64,000 nt of DNA from contig CAVWWD010000006.1 of assembly GCA_963758635.1 (NCBI GenBank), positions 1 through 64,000 on the forward strand, written 5' to 3'. The position numbers were made by a program, and so were the translations under genes. How positions within the stretch are numbered: the stretch's first letter is position 1; the number at the start of each line of letters is the position of its first letter. Of this stretch, positions 60,079 to 64,000 are shown piece after piece. The stretch comes from an uncultured Candidatus Rokubacteria bacterium. Lineage in GTDB: Bacteria; Methylomirabilota; Methylomirabilia; Rokubacteriales; CSP1-6. The notes under the pieces are model-generated. The model saw only the letters and a program-made list of their open reading frames with translations, searched no databases and had not been told where the DNA came from.

Positions 60079-62154
60079 ATGAGCGACCACGACGAAGTGG
60101 AGCAGACTCCGGAGCCGTCGCGCCTCCATCCCTCGCGCCGCGCCGTGCTGCGGGCCGGCCTCGTGGCCTTCGCCGCGGCGCAGCTGCCCGACGGCCTCGT
60201 GTCACGGGCCGCCGCGCAGGGCAAGCCGGGGGCGAGCCTGATCGGCAAGCTCGAGGGCGCGGAGGTCGTCACCGACCCCGCGCGGTTCCCCAGGGCGTTC
60301 AAGGAAGCGCCGCAGCTCGCCGAGCTGGTGAAGGCGGGCAAGCTTCCCGCCGTGGCGGAGCGCATCGGCCAGGACCCGCTCGTGGTGAAGCCGCTCCGCG
60401 AGATCGGCAAGTACGGCGGGACGTGGCGGCGCGGCTTCACCGGGCCCTCCGACACGTCCAACGGCCACCGCGCCGCCCAGAACGACAAGCTCCTGTACTG
60501 GGACTACACGGGCACCAAGCTCGTCCCCAACATCGCGCGGGCCTGGGAGGTCAGCCCCGACGGCAAGGTCACGACCATCCAGCTCCGCCGCGGGATGAAG
60601 TGGAGCGACGGCCAGCCCTTCACCGCCGACGACTTCGTGTTCTGGTTCGAGGACGTCTACGGCAACAAGGAGCTGGTGCCCACGCCGCTGTCCGTCATGA
60701 CCATCAACGGCAAGCCGATCGCGGTGCGGAAGGTCGACGCCGCCACCGTGCAGTTCGTGGCGCCCGAGCCCTACTACGCGCTGCCCACCGTGCTCGCCTC
60801 CGTGTGGGGCATCGGGCACCACGCCCGGTTCGGCCGCGACGCGTTCGGCGGCTTCGCGCCCGCCCACTACATGAAGCAGTTCCACCCCAAGTACGCGTCG
60901 AAGGACGACCTCGCCAAGAAGCAGGCCGACCTCAAGTTCGACACGTGGGTGCTGCTGTTCAAGAACCGGAACGACGCGTGCCGCAACCCCGACCTGCCGG
61001 TGGTGACGCCCTGGAAGACGACCTCGCCGATCAACACGCCGACGTGGGCGCTCGAGCGCAATCCGTACAGCGTCTGGGTGGACACCGACGGCAACCAGCT
61101 CCCCTACATCGACCGCATCCGGATGAGCATCGGCGAGAACCTGGAGGTGATCAACCTGCGGGCGATCGCCGGCGAGTACGACTCGCAGGCGCGGCACATC
61201 GACATCAGCAAGCTGCCGGTGCTGATCGAGAACCAGCAGAAGGGCGGCTACAAGGTCCACCTGGATCCCTCCGACCAGGGCGCGGACGTCGGGCTCTTCT
61301 GCAACCAGAGCTACGAGAAGGACGCCGAGATCGCGAAGTGGCTCAGCACCCGCAACTTCCGCATCGCGCTCTCCCACGGCATCGACCGCTCGCAGATCAA
61401 CGAGACGTTCGTGCTCGGCCTGGGCCAGGCCGCCTCGGCGGCGCCGGGCGACCGCACCCTGTACTTCCCGGGCGCGCAGTACAAGACGCTCCACGTCGGG
61501 TACGACGTGAAGAAGGCCAACGACATGCTGGACGCCCTCGGCCTCACCAAGAAGGACGGTGAGGGCTACCGCCTCCGCGCCGACGGGACGGGCCGGCTGC
61601 GCCTGGCCCTGACCACGTACCTGGGCTTCCTGCCGTTCACGCGCATCGCGGAGATGGTCGTCGAGCAGTGGAAGAAGATCGGCATCCGCGGCGAGGTGCA
61701 GGAGATGGAGCGCGGCCTCGCCACCGCGCGCCTGCGCGCCAACGAGCACCAGATCTACTTCGAGACGCAGTGGGGCGCGGACAACATCTACGGGCACCAG
61801 CCGCTCATCTTCCCCTCCCAGGACCAGAGCCCGCTCGGTCCCCAGTACGGCGTCTGGTACTCGAGCGCAGGGAAACAGGGCAAGCAGCCGCCGGCCCGGA
61901 TGCAGGAGCTGATGACGACCTACCGGCGCTCGTTCGGCGTGCCCGACCAGGAGCGCACGCGCCTGGCCAAGGAAGTGTGGAAGATCGCGCTGGACGAGCT
62001 GTGGCTGATCCCCGTGGTCTCGAACTCGCCCGCCTCGCAGGGCGTGCGGGTCATCAAGAACAACGTGGGCAACGTGCCCGAGCGCCTCTGGAACAGCGCG
62101 GTGAGCGACAACCCCCACATCGCCCACACGGAGACCTGGTACTTCAAGAGCTGA
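60079..62154 (+). CDS. Family-5 ABC substrate-binding protein, Tat-like signal
   Basis: SRRAVL; LRRGMKWSDGQPFTADD; GNQLPYID; clear paralog of 4220-6266. Confidence 0.93.
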   Translation: MSDHDEVEQTPEPSRLHPSRRAVLRAGLVAFAAAQLPDGLVSRAAAQGKPGASLIGKLEGAEVVTDPARFPRAFKEAPQLAELVKAGKLPAVAERIGQDPLVVKPLREIGKYGGTWRRGFTGPSDTSNGHRAAQNDKLLYWDYTGTKLVPNIARAWEVSPDGKVTTIQLRRGMKWSDGQPFTADDFVFWFEDVYGNKELVPTPLSVMTINGKPIAVRKVDAATVQFVAPEPYYALPTVLASVWGIGHHARFGRDAFGGFAPAHYMKQFHPKYASKDDLAKKQADLKFDTWVLLFKNRNDACRNPDLPVVTPWKTTSPINTPTWALERNPYSVWVDTDGNQLPYIDRIRMSIGENLEVINLRAIAGEYDSQARHIDISKLPVLIENQQKGGYKVHLDPSDQGADVGLFCNQSYEKDAEIAKWLSTRNFRIALSHGIDRSQINETFVLGLGQAASAAPGDRTLYFPGAQYKTLHVGYDVKKANDMLDALGLTKKDGEGYRLRADGTGRLRLALTTYLGFLPFTRIAEMVVEQWKKIGIRGEVQEMERGLATARLRANEHQIYFETQWGADNIYGHQPLIFPSQDQSPLGPQYGVWYSSAGKQGKQPPARMQELMTTYRRSFGVPDQERTRLAKEVWKIALDELWLIPVVSNSPASQGVRVIKNNVGNVPERLWNSAVSDNPHIAHTETWYFKS

Positions 62155-64000
62155 GCCGCCGCGAGCGGGAAGGCTCGCAGGCGACGATGACGGTCATCGT
62201 GGTCCGGCGCCCGGTTCGGACGCAAAGCAGCCCCGGGTCGTCGATCCACCAACCGGGCGCGGTGTCGCGGGCGTCGATGCGCTCCAGTGGCCCCGTGTCG
62301 TCACGAACACCGCGGACCGGCTGCGAGCACCGCAAGCGGAGAACGTAGCGGCGTCCGGCCGGGACGACGGATTGCTCGCCGGTCGGAGGGTCAACGCGCA
62401 CCGTGATCCGGCCAGGCTCTTCCGTGCACGTGATCGGCGTCAGCGCGTACGCGCCGCGGCGGTACGCGTTCGTCCGGCCGTCGTCCTCGTAGAGCTCGAA
62501 GCGTGAGGCGCCCTCCGGGTAGATCTCGAGCGTGACCTCGTCGAGCGGGCGCTCGCCGGTGTGCTGCACGACCGGGCCCAGGGGCAGGATCGCGCCGGCG
62601 CGCACGAAGAGGGGCAGGCGGTCGAGCGGTGCCGCGACGGTGATCCCGCCCGGCCCCTCGTGCCGCTCGCCCGTCCAGAAGTCGTACCAGACGCCCGAGG
62701 GGAGATAGACCGGCCACGCCGTGGCGCCCTCGCGCGTCACCGGAGCGACCAGGAGATCGTCACCCCAGAGGTACTCGTGGTCGAGCTGCCACGCCCGCGG
62801 ATCGTCCGGGTAGTTCAGGACGAGCGGCCGCATCAGGGGCAGACCCAGGGTGTGCGCCTGCCACGCCAGCGTGTACGTGTACGGCAGGAGGCGGTAGCGC
62901 AGCTCCACGTACGTGCGGCAGATCGCCTCGACCTCGGGGCCGTGTGCCCACGGGACGTGCTCGCGCCAGACCCAGCCGTGCGAGCGGAAGATGGGGCTGA
63001 AGGCGCCCATCTGGAACCAGCGCGCGTAGAGCTCCGGCGTCTCCGGGACGGGATGGAAGAAGCCGCCGACGTCCGTGCCCCAGTAGGGCACGCCGGACAG
63101 CCCGGTGTTCAGGCCGAGCGGGACCTGCGCCTCCAGCGTCGGGAAGTCGTTGTTGACGTTGCCGGACCAGGTCGAGGAGCCGAAGCGCTGCATGCCCGCC
63201 GCTCCCGACCGGCACAGGAGGAACGCGCGCTGGTCGGGGCGCGTCGCCGCCTCGCCCTCCGCGAAGGCGCGGTGACGGAGCCGGTCGTAGATGTTGTGGA
63301 GCTCGGTGCCGGTTCCGCCCGCGAGCGTCGCCGTCTCCGGCGGGCCCTCGCCGCCGTCGAGCCACCAGGCGCCCACACCAAGCCGCACGAGGTCCTGGTG
63401 GGCGCCCCACCACCAGGCGCGGGCGGCCGGGTTCGAGAAGTCGATGTGGCGCTGGCCCTGGCGGTAGTTGGCGACGCCGCCGGTCCCGCGCTCGTAGCCG
63501 GTGGTCAGGAGGTAGCCGCGCGCCTCGGCGTCCGGGAGCAGCGGCGACTCCTCGTGCAGCACCGGGTACTCGTGGGTGATGACCTCGAAGCGCTGCGCGC
63601 GCATCTCGGCGAGCAGCGCGGCGGGATCCGGCCAGAGCGTGGGCTGCCACTCCAGGTGCCCGACGCCGCGGTTCCAGCCCAACGCCTCGCCGTACGTCGA
63701 GAGGAAGATGAGCGCGTCGCACGGGATCCGCTTCTCCCGGAGCGTTCGCGGCAGGCGGCGGAGCTCGTCGGTGTCGTGGAAGTGCCGGGTGGACTGCAGG
63801 AAACCGAGCGCCCATCGGGGCGGCAGGGGCGCCCGGCCGAGCAGCTCCGCCACCTCGCCCATGAGCCCGCGCAGGTCCGGCGCGACGAGGAAGTACCAGG
63901 TGAGGCCGCCCGCCGCCGCCGTGTAGTCAATGCGCACGCCGTCGTCCGAGCGGCCGACGGCGATCGTGGCGTCGGCCGCGCTGTCGAAGAAGAGCGCCCA
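62144..64000 (-). CDS. Glycoside hydrolase family 31 (alpha-glucosidase/xylosidase-like), 5-prime end outside the window
   Basis: LPPRWALG, DFSNP, WWLDGGE nucleophile, GTDVGGF, ELYARWFQMGAF, LRYRLLPYTY, PLFVRAG. Confidence 0.92.
   Translation of the reverse strand, partial: WALFFDSAADATIAVGRSDDGVRIDYTAAAGGLTWYFLVAPDLRGLMGEVAELLGRAPLPPRWALGFLQSTRHFHDTDELRRLPRTLREKRIPCDALIFLSTYGEALGWNRGVGHLEWQPTLWPDPAALLAEMRAQRFEVITHEYPVLHEESPLLPDAEARGYLLTTGYERGTGGVANYRQGQRHIDFSNPAARAWWWGAHQDLVRLGVGAWWLDGGEGPPETATLAGGTGTELHNIYDRLRHRAFAEGEAATRPDQRAFLLCRSGAAGMQRFGSSTWSGNVNNDFPTLEAQVPLGLNTGLSGVPYWGTDVGGFFHPVPETPELYARWFQMGAFSPIFRSHGWVWREHVPWAHGPEVEAICRTYVELRYRLLPYTYTLAWQAHTLGLPLMRPLVLNYPDDPRAWQLDHEYLWGDDLLVAPVTREGATAWPVYLPSGVWYDFWTGERHEGPGGITVAAPLDRLPLFVRAGAILPLGPVVQHTGERPLDEVTLEIYPEGASRFELYEDDGRTNAYRRGAYALTPITCTEEPGRITVRVDPPTGEQSVVPAGRRYVLRLRCSQPVRGVRDDTGPLERIDARDTAPGWWIDDPGLLCVRTGRRTTMTVIVACEPSRSRRLSS

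Noticed and set aside
1..64000. Many long antisense or alternate-frame ORFs (e.g. 35506-39582, 21133-23037, 31700-33733, 60202-62127)
   Set aside because: Arg/Pro/Gly/Ala-rich shadow frames expected at this GC content; each overlaps a well-supported gene and has no recognisable motifs
1..64000. CRISPR array, tRNA, rRNA, riboswitch, integrase or transposase
   Set aside because: No regularly spaced repeat-spacer run, cloverleaf or recognisable motif seen by eye; a covariance-model search was not possible, so small RNAs could be missed

Overview
Very GC-rich (roughly 70%, judged by eye), gene-dense bacterial DNA. Its gene families (many family-5 ABC importers, amidohydrolase, PhyH dioxygenases, SARP-ATPase-TPR regulator, Uma2, CoA-transferase) resemble Candidatus Rokubacteria/Methylomirabilota; this taxonomy is inference only. 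About 20 frameshifts, two in-frame stops and three garbled junctions are spread over unrelated genes, so this looks like an unpolished long-read assembly and most broken genes are probably intact in vivo. Main content: two paralogous Opp/Dpp-type ABC importer clusters (one beside a PhyH dioxygenase, one beside GH39 and GH31 glycosidases), a xanthine-dehydrogenase-family Mo-hydroxylase operon with an amidohydrolase, a stand-alone adenylation-PCP didomain, a SARP regulator with direct-repeat boxes, glycosyltransferases, a triple-GAF kinase/response-regulator cluster and three toxin-antitoxin-related loci. Best candidates for something undescribed: (1) a ~1340-aa helical protein with a C-terminal STAND-like ATPase-wHTH plus a small partner gene; (2) an orphan DUF4123 + CxxC-tail gene pair near an unknown TM/beta-rich protein; (3) a 99-bp MITE-like element present in two diverged copies; (4) a lipoprotein with an in-frame TGA at a likely Cys position followed by a SECIS-like hairpin. 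No rRNA, tRNA, CRISPR array, integrase or transposase was recognised.
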